DNA of 64,000 bases. It comes from an uncultured Acidobacteriota bacterium (GTDB lineage: Bacteria; Acidobacteriota; Blastocatellia; RBC074). The notes beneath the pieces are model-generated. The model saw nothing but the letters and a program-made list of their open reading frames with translations, was not told the origin of the DNA and did not search any database. Shown here piece after piece: positions 38,200-48,189 of the stretch (position 1 is the stretch's first letter; each line of letters opens with the position of its first letter). The position numbers and the translations under genes were made by a program. The stretch is from assembly GCA_963796275.1 (NCBI GenBank), contig CAWCKY010000003.1, positions 1,344,001 to 1,408,000 of the forward strand, given 5' to 3'.

Positions 38200-40846
38200 T
38201 CAGTTCACCGGCGGCCGCCAATCGATCACCGGTTTCGATCCATCCATGCAAACCCACACCGTCGCGCGCATCTGCGGTTTGAGTTTCCCCTTGCTACTCT
38301 CGATCAGCTCCCAATCGCTCTCTTTGAATGGCTCGCCGCGCATTAAAAACCATTTCTTCGCATCATCTCCTTTGGCCAAGGAAACAGTGAAGCTTTCATC
38401 CGTTTCCTCATCGGTTCGCATTCGAATGAAGATGCGGTCTTCATTCCGTTCATAGGAGAGCACTGGCCCGGTGAATGAGGTGAGATTATCGCGCGAGCAT
38501 TTGAGAGATGACGGCGGCCTGAGCCGTTGGGTTCTGCCAGCATCACTACTCCCTGGATCTTTAGCCCCGCCATCCCGGCTGGATCCCGGCGCAGCTAATT
38601 GTCTCGGCTCGCCCGGATGGTAAGAGCTCTCCAGGTTGGCTTTGATCTCTTCCAGCGTGAACCACGCGGGTTTGAATTGCGTCTTCGAGTAAAGCTCCGC
38701 CTGGTCGAAATAGTGTTTCGATTGCGGATCGGCGCTCTGACCGAATTGCAGCAGCGACATTGCGCGCGGCTGTCGGGCCGAATTCGACCACGCTCACATA
38801 TGAGTGGCCCGCCACGCCGTAGCGCCTCTTCTGTCCGTTAGCGGCGGCGGGATAAAAATTGAATACGATGCCGGCAGTACCGGGCCCGCCCGCAACCGGC
38901 AGGCTGGGTTTTTCATCGCTGAACGGCTCGAGCTCGCCGCTCGTATGCACACGCTGGATGCGCGCAAGCTCTCCCCATTTGACCTTCCACGTGCCCCAAG
39001 CCTTCGCGATTTCTCCCATCGAATATTCCAGGATCGCGAGTTCGGGATAGGGATTGTTCTTGACCCTCGACTGGGCCTGCTGCAGTGAGCGCGTGTAGCT
39101 CCAGAGCGCGAAGAGCGACATCGCCTCCGATTCGAAGGCGCCGACTCCGTTCCACGATTTCAACAACTGGACCGCCTCCGCCATCTTTTCGGCCCTCGCG
39201 GGTTCGCTGGCTTTGAGCTTCTCCCACTCAGCCACGAGCTTCGGAACCAAAGTATCGATCTCGATGCAGCGCGTATCGAATGCGGCTTTGGACCAATCTT
39301 CGAAAGAGAACTTCTCGCGCTCGCTCAGCACGCGCCGTGAAATTCGGGATCGGCCGTTGTCTTTCTCACTGATCATATAACCGGGAAATGCGGCCAATGA
39401 AGGATTCTCTTTCGATCCCTCCGCGGTGGCCAGAGAGGGCGTGGCATTGCAGTTCTGGGTCCATCCGGTCGATGGATTGAAAATCTGCGGCAATTCTTTG
39501 ATTGAATGATAGCCCTTCCAGTCCGTCCCGGGATCGCTGCCGTCGACCGGGTTCGACCAATCGTACTTCGGATTTCGTTTGGGAACCGCGCCATTGTAAA
39601 GGTACCAGATGTTGCCCTCGCGGTCGGCGTACATAGTATTGAACATCGGCATGGCCAGGCGCGACATCGCCGCTTTGAACTCTTTGAAGTTGCGCGCCTT
39701 GCCCATCAGATAACGCTGCTCGATTACGCCGTAATCCTCGAACTTCGCCATTCGGACCGCGAGAGGCTTGCCATCGCGAAGCGCGACGATCGGGCCGTGA
39801 TGAGTCTTACGGAATCTGAAGCTCTTCGTTTCGATCCCCTTATCGGTTTTGATTTTGACCGTATCAGTCCAGGCGGTCGCGGTGCGATATCCGCCGCCGT
39901 ATTTATAGTTCAACGGGTTCTTCGGATCGTCGAATTTTTCTTCCCAGATGTCCGTGATGTCCGGCTCATTGACTGTATGGCTCCAACCGAGATATTCGTT
40001 GTGACCGAGGGAAGGGAAGGGCGAGCCCGGAAAAGTCGCGCCTGAGAGGTTCCATCCGGTATCGCTGTGAAGATGTCCCTCTATCCATTGGCCCGGCCCG
40101 AAGAAAGGCTGATGCGGATTGATGAAGAGCATGGCGTGACCGCTCGCGCTCTTGCTCGGGGTGATCGCCCACATATTCGAACCGATCACATCATCCCCCA
40201 TCTCGGCTGTGGCTCTATCGTCCGTCCGAATATTCAGATAACTGGTCGCTCCAGCTGCCCCGTCAGCTTTAACCTCGGGAATCGCCGCCAGCGTCTCCGC
40301 ATCCTTCAGCCCGTTGCGCCGGTATATGAAGAGTTGATATTGCGCGAAGCGGCCGAAAGCGAGCAGGTGCCAAGGCTCGAATCGCGTGATCAATCTCGGC
40401 TTGACCTGTGGATTCTTGGCGAGGAAATAGTTCAGCCCATCTGATGTCGCATCGCATATCTCTTTCATCTCCCGGCTGAGCTTCGCATAGTCGTCTTGCG
40501 ATATCCTGGTGATCTCCAACGCGCGATTGGTGATATCCGCCACGAGCCTCTTGTCACCATAGACTTCGGATGCGCGCCCGACCGCCTGGATGTAGCTGTC
40601 TTCGATCTGCCAGAAGTTGTCCTCGGCCTGCGCATAGATGAAACCGAACATGACGCTGTAATCGGTCGGCCCGTAGACGTGCGGCACGCCCCAGGTATCG
40701 CGATAGATCGTCACCGAGCGCGCGACTTTTTCGAGATCCTTGGATTGAGATTGCGCTTCCGTGCAAGCAGTGAACGAACCCTGCATCGCCAGCGAAAGAA
40801 GCAGAAACACATAGAGTGATGCGCGGATGAGAATGGCTTTTTTCAT
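38200..40846 (-). CDS. Penicillin/AHL acylase family Ntn-hydrolase with C-terminal extension; frameshift near 38772
   Basis: [16 protein letters not shown] (N-terminal nucleophile Ser), NPH; SLLQFGQS...HYFDQAELY continues in another frame. Confidence 0.88.
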
Positions 40847-41031
40847 GGGTATCTCCTGGGAAAGGTTGTCGGTAGGCAGTTTTCGGTTGTCGGTTCAAAT
40901 CTCATAGCTCATAGTTGAATCTACTTCCACCAAGTTATTATGGATTTAAATGCTAACCATCTACCGACAACAGCTTACCGGCTACCGCCTACTTACCGAC
41001 AACCGGCAACCGCCTACCGACAATTAAAAAC

Positions 41032-42003
41032 CTAAGCTGCTTCGCTCTCCTCTTTTTCGTCCAGCTTGCCGATCAACCCATTCCACGGTGGAATGACGAT
41101 CGTCACATTTCCATAAGCCTTCATCTGGCAGGCCAGGCGGATCGGAGAGTCTTCTTTGCCGGTGAAGCCTTCATAGCCGAAATAGACCCAGCGGCCGATC
41201 TCACGTTCGCTGGGCGGCGAGACTTTCTCGGTCGGCGATAGCACTCCGACCCAGCACGTTCCGCAGGAAGAGGTGCGGCACTCCACGGGAATCGGTCCCT
41301 CACCGGCCATACATCGTTCGTCCCGCAGGTGATGATTACGCTTATCGAATGATGCGGCCATCGTCACATCCTGCATATTCACGATGCGGAAAGAAGAGCC
41401 GGGCTCGCATTCGCGGAAGTTTACGCTGAACTCTTTGTCGACGGTTTTGAGGAACCCTAAGATGCCCTGGCCGTCGTCCCGAAGGCGCTCTTCGACTATT
41501 TTATCGGGCGATTGCTTCCAATTCTTGCCGTAAGCTCCTGGCTGCGCCGGTTGTTTGAAGAGGTCCGTACCCACTTGTTGCAGGGTCGCGAACGCGACGG
41601 CAGTGATTCCCGTCAGCAGTGTTTCATCGGCTTTCACCTTCCCGGCGATGCGGCGCGCGACATCGCGAATCTGCGCGGCCAGCAGCAAATCAGCCGGCGG
41701 CCGGGCTGCGTGTTCGGCTACCTCGCGCTTGACGTCGGGCCAGTAGCGGTGGCCGTAAAGGAATTGGGCGGAAGAGTCAACCTGATCGGCCAGCCGATAT
41801 TTACCTTTGAGCAGAAGACTTTTTGCTTTCTCTTCAGGATCTGTCGCGAGCGCCCGATTAAGTTTGAGCGGAAAGAAGGCGAACCAGATGCACGTAGCTC
41901 GTCGATCTACCGGGTGGATCGAAAGCTCATCGATGGCCTTAATCCAATCGGCGTCGTTGTGTTGGTTGAGAAAATGAGAAAATTGATTCCCGTTGTTCGT
42001 CAT
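41032..42003 (-). CDS. Uncharacterised N-domain fused to a 2Fe-2S ferredoxin
   Basis: CRTSSCGTC...RLACQ (C-x4-C-x2-C...C). Confidence 0.8.
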   Translation of the reverse strand: MTNNGNQFSHFLNQHNDADWIKAIDELSIHPVDRRATCIWFAFFPLKLNRALATDPEEKAKSLLLKGKYRLADQVDSSAQFLYGHRYWPDVKREVAEHAARPPADLLLAAQIRDVARRIAGKVKADETLLTGITAVAFATLQQVGTDLFKQPAQPGAYGKNWKQSPDKIVEERLRDDGQGILGFLKTVDKEFSVNFRECEPGSSFRIVNMQDVTMAASFDKRNHHLRDERCMAGEGPIPVECRTSSCGTCWVGVLSPTEKVSPPSEREIGRWVYFGYEGFTGKEDSPIRLACQMKAYGNVTIVIPPWNGLIGKLDEKEESEAA

Positions 42004-42116
42004 TGCTGAACTGACCTCATTTTTTCTAAATGATATTCTATTCGGTGCAGGTAGAATTCGATGGTAAAGATAACCGGAGGACGCTACTTCGGCAAGAGAC
42101 ACGAGAGGAGAGAACG

Positions 42117-43055
42117 ATGAAGAGACAGACACCATTGGGAGAGCTTGAAATCTTGGATGCTCATACGCATTTCTTTTCGCGAAAATTTATCGAGACATTA
42201 ATTAGCCAGTCGCCCCAGTTATCGAGCGACGCAGACCCGATCGGTCGAGTTGAACAGATGACCGGATGGACGATGCCGCCGGGCGATCCGGCGGAGCTGG
42301 CTGCCATCTGGAAGGCGGAATTGGATAGGCACAATGTATCGGCGGCGATGATGATGGCGAGCGTGCCGGGCGACGAACGATCGGTCGCCGATGCGGTCGG
42401 CGCTTTCCCGGACCGGATCATCGGCGGATTCATGTTCGACCCGACGAAACCCGAAGCCGAATCGCGAGCGCGGCGTGCCTTCGATGAATCGAAGCTTCGC
42501 GTGGCCTGCCTCTTCCCGGCAATGCATCATTATTCGGTGGCGGAGAATGACGGGGCGCGAACCGTCGCCGCGCTCGCCGGGGAGCGGCCGGGCGCCGCGG
42601 TATTCGTTCATTGCGGAGTACTCTCGGTCGGGGCGCGCAAAAAATTGGGTCTGCCGAGCCATTTCGACATGAGGCGCTCAAATCCGCTGGATATCTATAA
42701 ATTGGCCGCGGAGTTTCCCAGGACGAGTTTCATCGTTCCGCACTTCGGGGCGGGGATGTTTCGCGAGACCCTGATGCTCGCAGACCTCTGCCCCAACGTT
42801 TATCTGGACACGTCGAGCACCAACAGTTGGATGAAGTACGAATCGATCGATCTCACGTCGGTGTTTAAACGCGCGTTGGCCGTCGCCGGTCACGAACGCC
42901 TGCTCTTCGGCACTGATTCTTCATTCTTCCCGCGCGGATGGAATGCTCAGGTGTTTGAAGCACAGGTAAAGGTTCTTGCAGAAATCGGATTGAGTAACGA
43001 ACAGGCGGCGAAGATATTCGGCGGCAACCTTCGACATTTGTTGAAGCTTCAATAA
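42117..43055 (+). CDS. Amidohydrolase_2 family metallo-hydrolase
   Basis: DAHTH, VHCG, PHFG, LDTS, FGTD. Confidence 0.88.
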   Translation: MKRQTPLGELEILDAHTHFFSRKFIETLISQSPQLSSDADPIGRVEQMTGWTMPPGDPAELAAIWKAELDRHNVSAAMMMASVPGDERSVADAVGAFPDRIIGGFMFDPTKPEAESRARRAFDESKLRVACLFPAMHHYSVAENDGARTVAALAGERPGAAVFVHCGVLSVGARKKLGLPSHFDMRRSNPLDIYKLAAEFPRTSFIVPHFGAGMFRETLMLADLCPNVYLDTSSTNSWMKYESIDLTSVFKRALAVAGHERLLFGTDSSFFPRGWNAQVFEAQVKVLAEIGLSNEQAAKIFGGNLRHLLKLQ

Positions 43056-43120
43056 CTATTCATCACAGAAGAGTTCACCACAGAGAAAGCAAAAGAGAAC
43101 ACAAAAAGCACAAATCGCCC

Positions 43121-44032
43121 TTATTTAAGCTTCAAACCTTCAATAAAATCGCGGTCTTTTGTGCCCGCGTGACAGACCAGGCAGGACTGCTGGCCGCGCT
43201 CCTCAAGCTCCGAGACGAGCGCATAGGTCAGCCCTCGATCGGACCAGGTGATGACTTTCAGCCCGTTGATCGAGTCATAATGGAATTTCAAACCCTTCGA
43301 TACAATCTCCTCGCCGCCCGATGGCATCGCCACCGAATTGGCCGTAACGACGAGCGTGATCGCGTTCTGCTTCATCTTGTAAGCGATGTATGCCGCATAG
43401 TCGTTGTTGAAAGCGACCAGACGCGCGCCTTCCAGCCGGTAGAGTTTCTCCTGTCCTGAAGATTCCTGATAGTTCGGCAGCTTCAAACTGAATGAGACTT
43501 TCCCGGAGAACCAATCGGATATCATCGAGGGCGATTCCGAAATGATCTCCAGCGGGAGCTGCCCGCGTAGCCGCCGCAGGTGCGTCTCGACCGCCATCAA
43601 TGCGATTTGCGAAGGGCGCGGCATGTGGGGCGATTCGTTGCTCAACCTATTAATTACCCAGAGACCTGCCAGCGTGAAGGTGAGTAGGATGATTGCCAAC
43701 GAAAGCAGGCGGATCGGGCTCAGGTGAAAGATCGAGGTTGTGCCGTGATTGAATGTGTGTTGAATTCTGCGACGAAGATTGTGCGGAGCGGTTATCTGTT
43801 CCGGAATGGAATCGAGCAGCTGCTCTATCCGCGCACGCGTCTCTGCCGGAGCCTGGTAAAGAGGTTGCATGTCGCGCACGAGTGCCAGAAGAAGCCGCTC
43901 CTGCTCGGATAGATCGCGGCAGGTCGGACAGTCTTGCAGATGAGCCTCGAACTCATCGCGCTCGCCGTTGCGCAACTCATCATCCAGATAGAACACCATC
44001 TGAGTGCGGATTTGATTGCACGAGTTAGCCAT
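43121..44032 (-). CDS. Membrane-anchored ZAS anti-sigma factor with C-terminal CxxCH
   Basis: HLQDCPTC; one TM helix; LEGARL periplasmic domain; SCLVCH. Confidence 0.88.
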   Translation of the reverse strand: MANSCNQIRTQMVFYLDDELRNGERDEFEAHLQDCPTCRDLSEQERLLLALVRDMQPLYQAPAETRARIEQLLDSIPEQITAPHNLRRRIQHTFNHGTTSIFHLSPIRLLSLAIILLTFTLAGLWVINRLSNESPHMPRPSQIALMAVETHLRRLRGQLPLEIISESPSMISDWFSGKVSFSLKLPNYQESSGQEKLYRLEGARLVAFNNDYAAYIAYKMKQNAITLVVTANSVAMPSGGEEIVSKGLKFHYDSINGLKVITWSDRGLTYALVSELEERGQQSCLVCHAGTKDRDFIEGLKLK

Positions 44033-44048
44033 CTCTCCAGTCCTTAAT

Positions 44049-44600
44049 TCATTTGGTCGACGGGCCGGGTTGCCATTGGACGAGCAGCGTTCGCAGATTT
44101 TCCCTGGCACGTCCGAGCCGCGACATCACAGTCCCGGCCGGGCACTCCAGGATGCTGGCGATCTGCTGATAGCTGAATCCCTCGATATCGCGCAGCACGA
44201 CCACCTCGCGGTAATGGACCGGCAATCGTTCAATAGCAAGGCGCACCTGCTCGCGCTCCACTTTTTGCAGTAAAACGGTGTGCGGATCGCCCGCCGTGTG
44301 ATCCAACCACTGCCAGCGGCTCTCCTCCTCGGCATCGATTTCAACAAATTGCGGCCCGCTTCTGTCGTGACGCACCTGGTTGAGCCTGATATTGCGCATG
44401 ATCGCGAAGAGCCAGCTCTTCAAATTGCTGTCGGGCACGAGACGGCCGAAAGCGCGAGAAGCTCGCAGATAGGTCTCCTGCACTAGGTCCTCCGCTTCAT
44501 CTCGGTTGCGCGTCAGTACCATGGCGAATCCGTAGAGCGCATCGAGGTGCTCCAAAGCCGCCTGCTTGAAATTCATGACGCTTTCATCCGATCTATTCAT
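44049..44600 (-). CDS. ECF RNA polymerase sigma factor (SigR/SigH-like)
   Basis: AEDLVQETYLRA, NLKSWLF, DIEGFSYQQIA, GTVMSRL.RAR. Confidence 0.93.
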   Translation of the reverse strand: MNRSDESVMNFKQAALEHLDALYGFAMVLTRNRDEAEDLVQETYLRASRAFGRLVPDSNLKSWLFAIMRNIRLNQVRHDRSGPQFVEIDAEEESRWQWLDHTAGDPHTVLLQKVEREQVRLAIERLPVHYREVVVLRDIEGFSYQQIASILECPAGTVMSRLGRARENLRTLLVQWQPGPSTK

Positions 44601-44640
44601 AGATCTATCCCATACGCGATATAAATCCGAATAAAAGAAT

Positions 44641-44665
44641 AACACGCAAGTACGGAAAATATTCC
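44641..44665 (-). promoter_or_regulatory. Candidate autoregulatory ECF promoter
   Basis: GGAAT-N17-GTT, 40 nt upstream of the sigma ATG. Confidence 0.55.
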
Positions 44666-44811
44666 AAGCGGAAAATGTAATTTCCCGGCCGGTTATGGTC
44701 TTTGAGAAATAAATACAACGACGGATTGCGACCCATTCCACCGAAGGCAATCGGTGGGATTTAATAACTCCCCTGTTAAACGCGTGTTAAAAACGACTGT
44801 TAGATGTCTTT

Positions 44812-45822
44812 TTAGAGGTCCTTCAGCCCCACACTGACTGCCTTCGCTGGGTCACCCGACTTCAGGAAAGAAACCAGATCGAGCAACTGCTTGAGCGAAT
44901 ACCTGGCGGCATAATCTCCGGGCATCGCCGAGGTACTCAGCTTTTCGGTTTTCAATATTTCCGCTTTTACGAACGCGCGCGAAACCGGCGGCAGAGTGGA
45001 CGTATCGTAGAGCCGGACAATCTTTTCATCTTCATCTCTCTTGACACCGATGAATCGCGCACCGTCGCGCATCGTGATGGCGATCGTCGCGTATTTATCG
45101 GCAATGACCGCATGGGGCGCGGCGATGCTTTGCAGAATATCGCGCGCCGGTTTATTGGCGATGTTGCTCAGATCCGGCCCGATTTTGCCCCCGATGCCGC
45201 CAACTGTGTGGCATACACGGCAGTTTTGGGTCTGCGTGGCATCGAAAAACAGCTCTCTTCCTGCCGATGCATCTCCTCGTAGATCGGATGAATCACTGTT
45301 CACCGCTACTGTCTTATCCGTAACGGCTTTCTCAGGCTGATCTTTGGGACTTCCGCCGCTAAAATGCGGGTCGACGGGTGATGGTCGATTGTCTGCGCGC
45401 GCTTTCGTGTCGTTGGGCGAAAGCGAGATAACATAAGCGACTATTTGGGCGACCTGATCTTCCGTATAGCTCTTTTTGAATCCCGGCATCGTCGTGCCGG
45501 GGATCCCGTCATTGATCAGATGCGTCAGTAGTTCGGCGGTGAACTCGCGGTCTTTAAGTTTAGGGCCGCCGCCGCCGCTGCCCCCGCTTCCGTGGCAGTA
45601 GCTGTTGCTGCATGAGCTCGCAAACAGCCGGCGCCCGGCTTCGATTTGTGATTTATTATCTTGTAAATTTGTCGCGAATGAATTTGTCGCGAAAAAAGCG
45701 GAAGGATTCGCCACCGAGATCGCGAAAAAGCAAAAAGTCGCAATAGCTACACAAGCTATTTTTCGTTTTCTGGCCTTTTCTCTCGTTGATTTATGGTTGA
45801 TTGTACTGTGCCTATCTTGCAT
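44812..45822 (-). CDS. Di-heme c-type cytochrome
   Basis: CSNSYCH with GTTMP; CRVCH with GPDLS and SAMP. Confidence 0.85.
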   Translation of the reverse strand: MQDRHSTINHKSTREKARKRKIACVAIATFCFFAISVANPSAFFATNSFATNLQDNKSQIEAGRRLFASSCSNSYCHGSGGSGGGGPKLKDREFTAELLTHLINDGIPGTTMPGFKKSYTEDQVAQIVAYVISLSPNDTKARADNRPSPVDPHFSGGSPKDQPEKAVTDKTVAVNSDSSDLRGDASAGRELFFDATQTQNCRVCHTVGGIGGKIGPDLSNIANKPARDILQSIAAPHAVIADKYATIAITMRDGARFIGVKRDEDEKIVRLYDTSTLPPVSRAFVKAEILKTEKLSTSAMPGDYAARYSLKQLLDLVSFLKSGDPAKAVSVGLKDL

Positions 45823-47575
45823 TTTCCGTCACCCCTTTGCTGTTCTTGCCGGCGGTTTCAGGCAGAGCGAAGACGAACAGTGTCGAGGTCGCTTCGGGAA
45901 GTTTATCTGCCGTTTCCGGCCAGATGACCGGGATCGCACCGCCCAGCAGCGAACCCATTCCGGTTGGGATGGCGATGTACTGCCGGCCATTCACGGCATA
46001 ACTTATGGGTGAGCCGCTGATGCCGCCGCCCGTATAATGCGACCATAAATGCTCGCCTGTCTTCGCATCGAGTGCGAATGCGTTCCCTTCGACATCTCCG
46101 GTGAAGAGCAGGTCGCTTCCAGTGACGAGCAGCGAGCCCAAATTTGCATATTTAGTGCGGTATCGCCACAGCTGTTTGCCGGTCAACGGATCGTAGCCAT
46201 CTATGTGACCGTATGGCCTCGTATCTTTCGGAGGCTTGAATTCGACCCCGCCCCCGAATAAGACCTGACCCTCTTTGATTTCCTGTTTCTCGGGTTTGAT
46301 GATGTTACAAAATTCCCAGCCGATGTTGTACCAGATCTTCGTCCGCGGACTGTATGCCGAGTGATCCCAATTCCGACCGCCGCAGATGCTGGGACAGACG
46401 AATGTCTCACCATCCGGCGGCACCGGCAGCATCCCCACAGGCTTGCCGTTCTTATCAACCCCCTTCAACCAATTGATGTTGTCGACGTGTTTGTATGCGT
46501 TGAGGTATTTGCCGGTTTCGCGATCGAGCACCCACGTCATCCCGCCTTTGTTGGGATGTACGAGCAGCTTCTGCTTCCTGCCTTCACGCTCGTAATCGAT
46601 CAGGACGCATTCGAATGAGGAATCGAAATCATAGAGATCGTGCGGGATCTCTTGATAGTACCATTTCAGTTTTCCGGTGTCGGGATCGAGCGCGATGATT
46701 GAATTGGTATAAAGGTTATCGCCTTTGCGAAATTCACCGTAAAAATCCGACGAGGGATTGCCGACTCCCCAGTAGAGCAGGTTCAGCTCCGGGTCGTATG
46801 ACCCCGTGAGCCAGGTCGGGGCGCCGCCGTACTTCCACATCTTTTCGCCCCATGTCTCGAATCCCGGCTCGCCCGGTCCGGGGATCGTGTAAAAGCGCCA
46901 GAGGTGTTTCCCCGTCTTCGCATCGAAGGCGTTGAGATAACCGCGATGCGAGTGTTCGCCCCCGGTGACGCCGGTAATCACCTTGTCTTTAACGACCAGC
47001 GGCGGAGAGGTGATGTTGCAGCCGCATTGGCGTACGTCTTCGACCTCGATGTCCCACAACTCGCGCCCAGTCTTCATGTCGAGCGCGACGACGTGATTAT
47101 CGACCGTGCCGAAGTAGACCATCCCGTGACCGATCGCCAGACCGCGCGAACCGCGCTGATAAGGAATCGACATCTCCGGCAGCTTGTAAAAGTATTTCCA
47201 GATAACTTTTCCGGTTTCAGCATTGATCGCGAAAATCCGGTTCATCGGTCCCATCAGATAGATGACACCATCCATAACCAGGGGCGTCGCATTCAACCCC
47301 CCACGCAGCTCCCCGGTATGGAATGTCCATATCGGTACGAGATTCTTGATGTTTTCGCGCGTGATCTGATTGAGGGCGCTGTATCGCCATGCGCTGTAAT
47401 TACCTCCATAGGTCATCCAGTTTTGCGGCTCGCTGTCAGAGCCGATCAGTCTTGACCATGTCGGTTCTTGTGCCAGGCAGGGGAACGATACGGAGGCAAT
47501 AAGAAAGACTAAATTGGTAAGCCCCGAGAGCCGCAACCCCGGTTGACACTGAGACTTTATACCACGCGATTTCAT
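45812..47575 (-). CDS. PQQ-dependent dehydrogenase (methanol/ethanol family-like)
   Basis: YSALNQI, ATPLV, repeated A.D..TG...W docking motifs, WGVGNP, HDLYDFD, CPS..GG.NW. Confidence 0.92.
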   Translation of the reverse strand: MKSRGIKSQCQPGLRLSGLTNLVFLIASVSFPCLAQEPTWSRLIGSDSEPQNWMTYGGNYSAWRYSALNQITRENIKNLVPIWTFHTGELRGGLNATPLVMDGVIYLMGPMNRIFAINAETGKVIWKYFYKLPEMSIPYQRGSRGLAIGHGMVYFGTVDNHVVALDMKTGRELWDIEVEDVRQCGCNITSPPLVVKDKVITGVTGGEHSHRGYLNAFDAKTGKHLWRFYTIPGPGEPGFETWGEKMWKYGGAPTWLTGSYDPELNLLYWGVGNPSSDFYGEFRKGDNLYTNSIIALDPDTGKLKWYYQEIPHDLYDFDSSFECVLIDYEREGRKQKLLVHPNKGGMTWVLDRETGKYLNAYKHVDNINWLKGVDKNGKPVGMLPVPPDGETFVCPSICGGRNWDHSAYSPRTKIWYNIGWEFCNIIKPEKQEIKEGQVLFGGGVEFKPPKDTRPYGHIDGYDPLTGKQLWRYRTKYANLGSLLVTGSDLLFTGDVEGNAFALDAKTGEHLWSHYTGGGISGSPISYAVNGRQYIAIPTGMGSLLGGAIPVIWPETADKLPEATSTLFVFALPETAGKNSKGVTENAR

Positions 47576-47825
47576 CGCTGATTCCTTTCACCGTGCTTGT
47601 TTATTCATGTGCCTTTTTTGAGCCGCGTTACTTTACCCTCGAGATAGATGTTTGACAACAAAAAGAACTGTCATCAGTTGTGGACAGTTCTGATGGAAGT
47701 AGCGGTTTCCCTTGTAAACAACTCGTGTCACCACCCTCGAAAAACGACCCGGATAGAAGCAAGATTATGCGCGTATCTATAGCTTTTGCAAGACTTAGCG
47801 GAATCTCAGATTTTTCGCCGTCTGA

Positions 47826-47841
47826 TGGCACAGCTATTGCA
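47826..47841 (+). promoter_or_regulatory. sigma54 -24/-12 promoter with no downstream ORF
   Basis: TGGCAC-AGCTA-TTGCA. Confidence 0.55.
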
Positions 47842-48189
47842 ATTTTTGTTTAAAGATAATACGAAACGATGGTTTCCCCATTGTTTTCGCTTTTTTACAC
47901 ATAGTTTTTTACTATTTGTAACACACGAGAAATAACAAAATACAGATAGCTTACAACTGATTACGGAAAAATCGAATAGACAAATAGGCGAGGATAAGCT
48001 GGGATATTATCAAGTTTGAGAACAACGTATAGTTGTTCTCGGTTTGCTCTCACGCTACACATTGAGGCCGCTCTCTGATACGTTTATTGACCGCAACCTC
48101 CTATAATCCGTCCTTCCCTTTTGACATTTTCCCCAAACTGAGGCCCTCTCTTAATTACCCAATGTGTAGCTGAGAGCTCATAAAGAAGC

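Noticed and set aside
37357-39050. Repeat pair as DGR template/variable repeats
   Set aside because: Differences are not adenine-specific, are mostly synonymous, and there is no reverse transcriptase in the window
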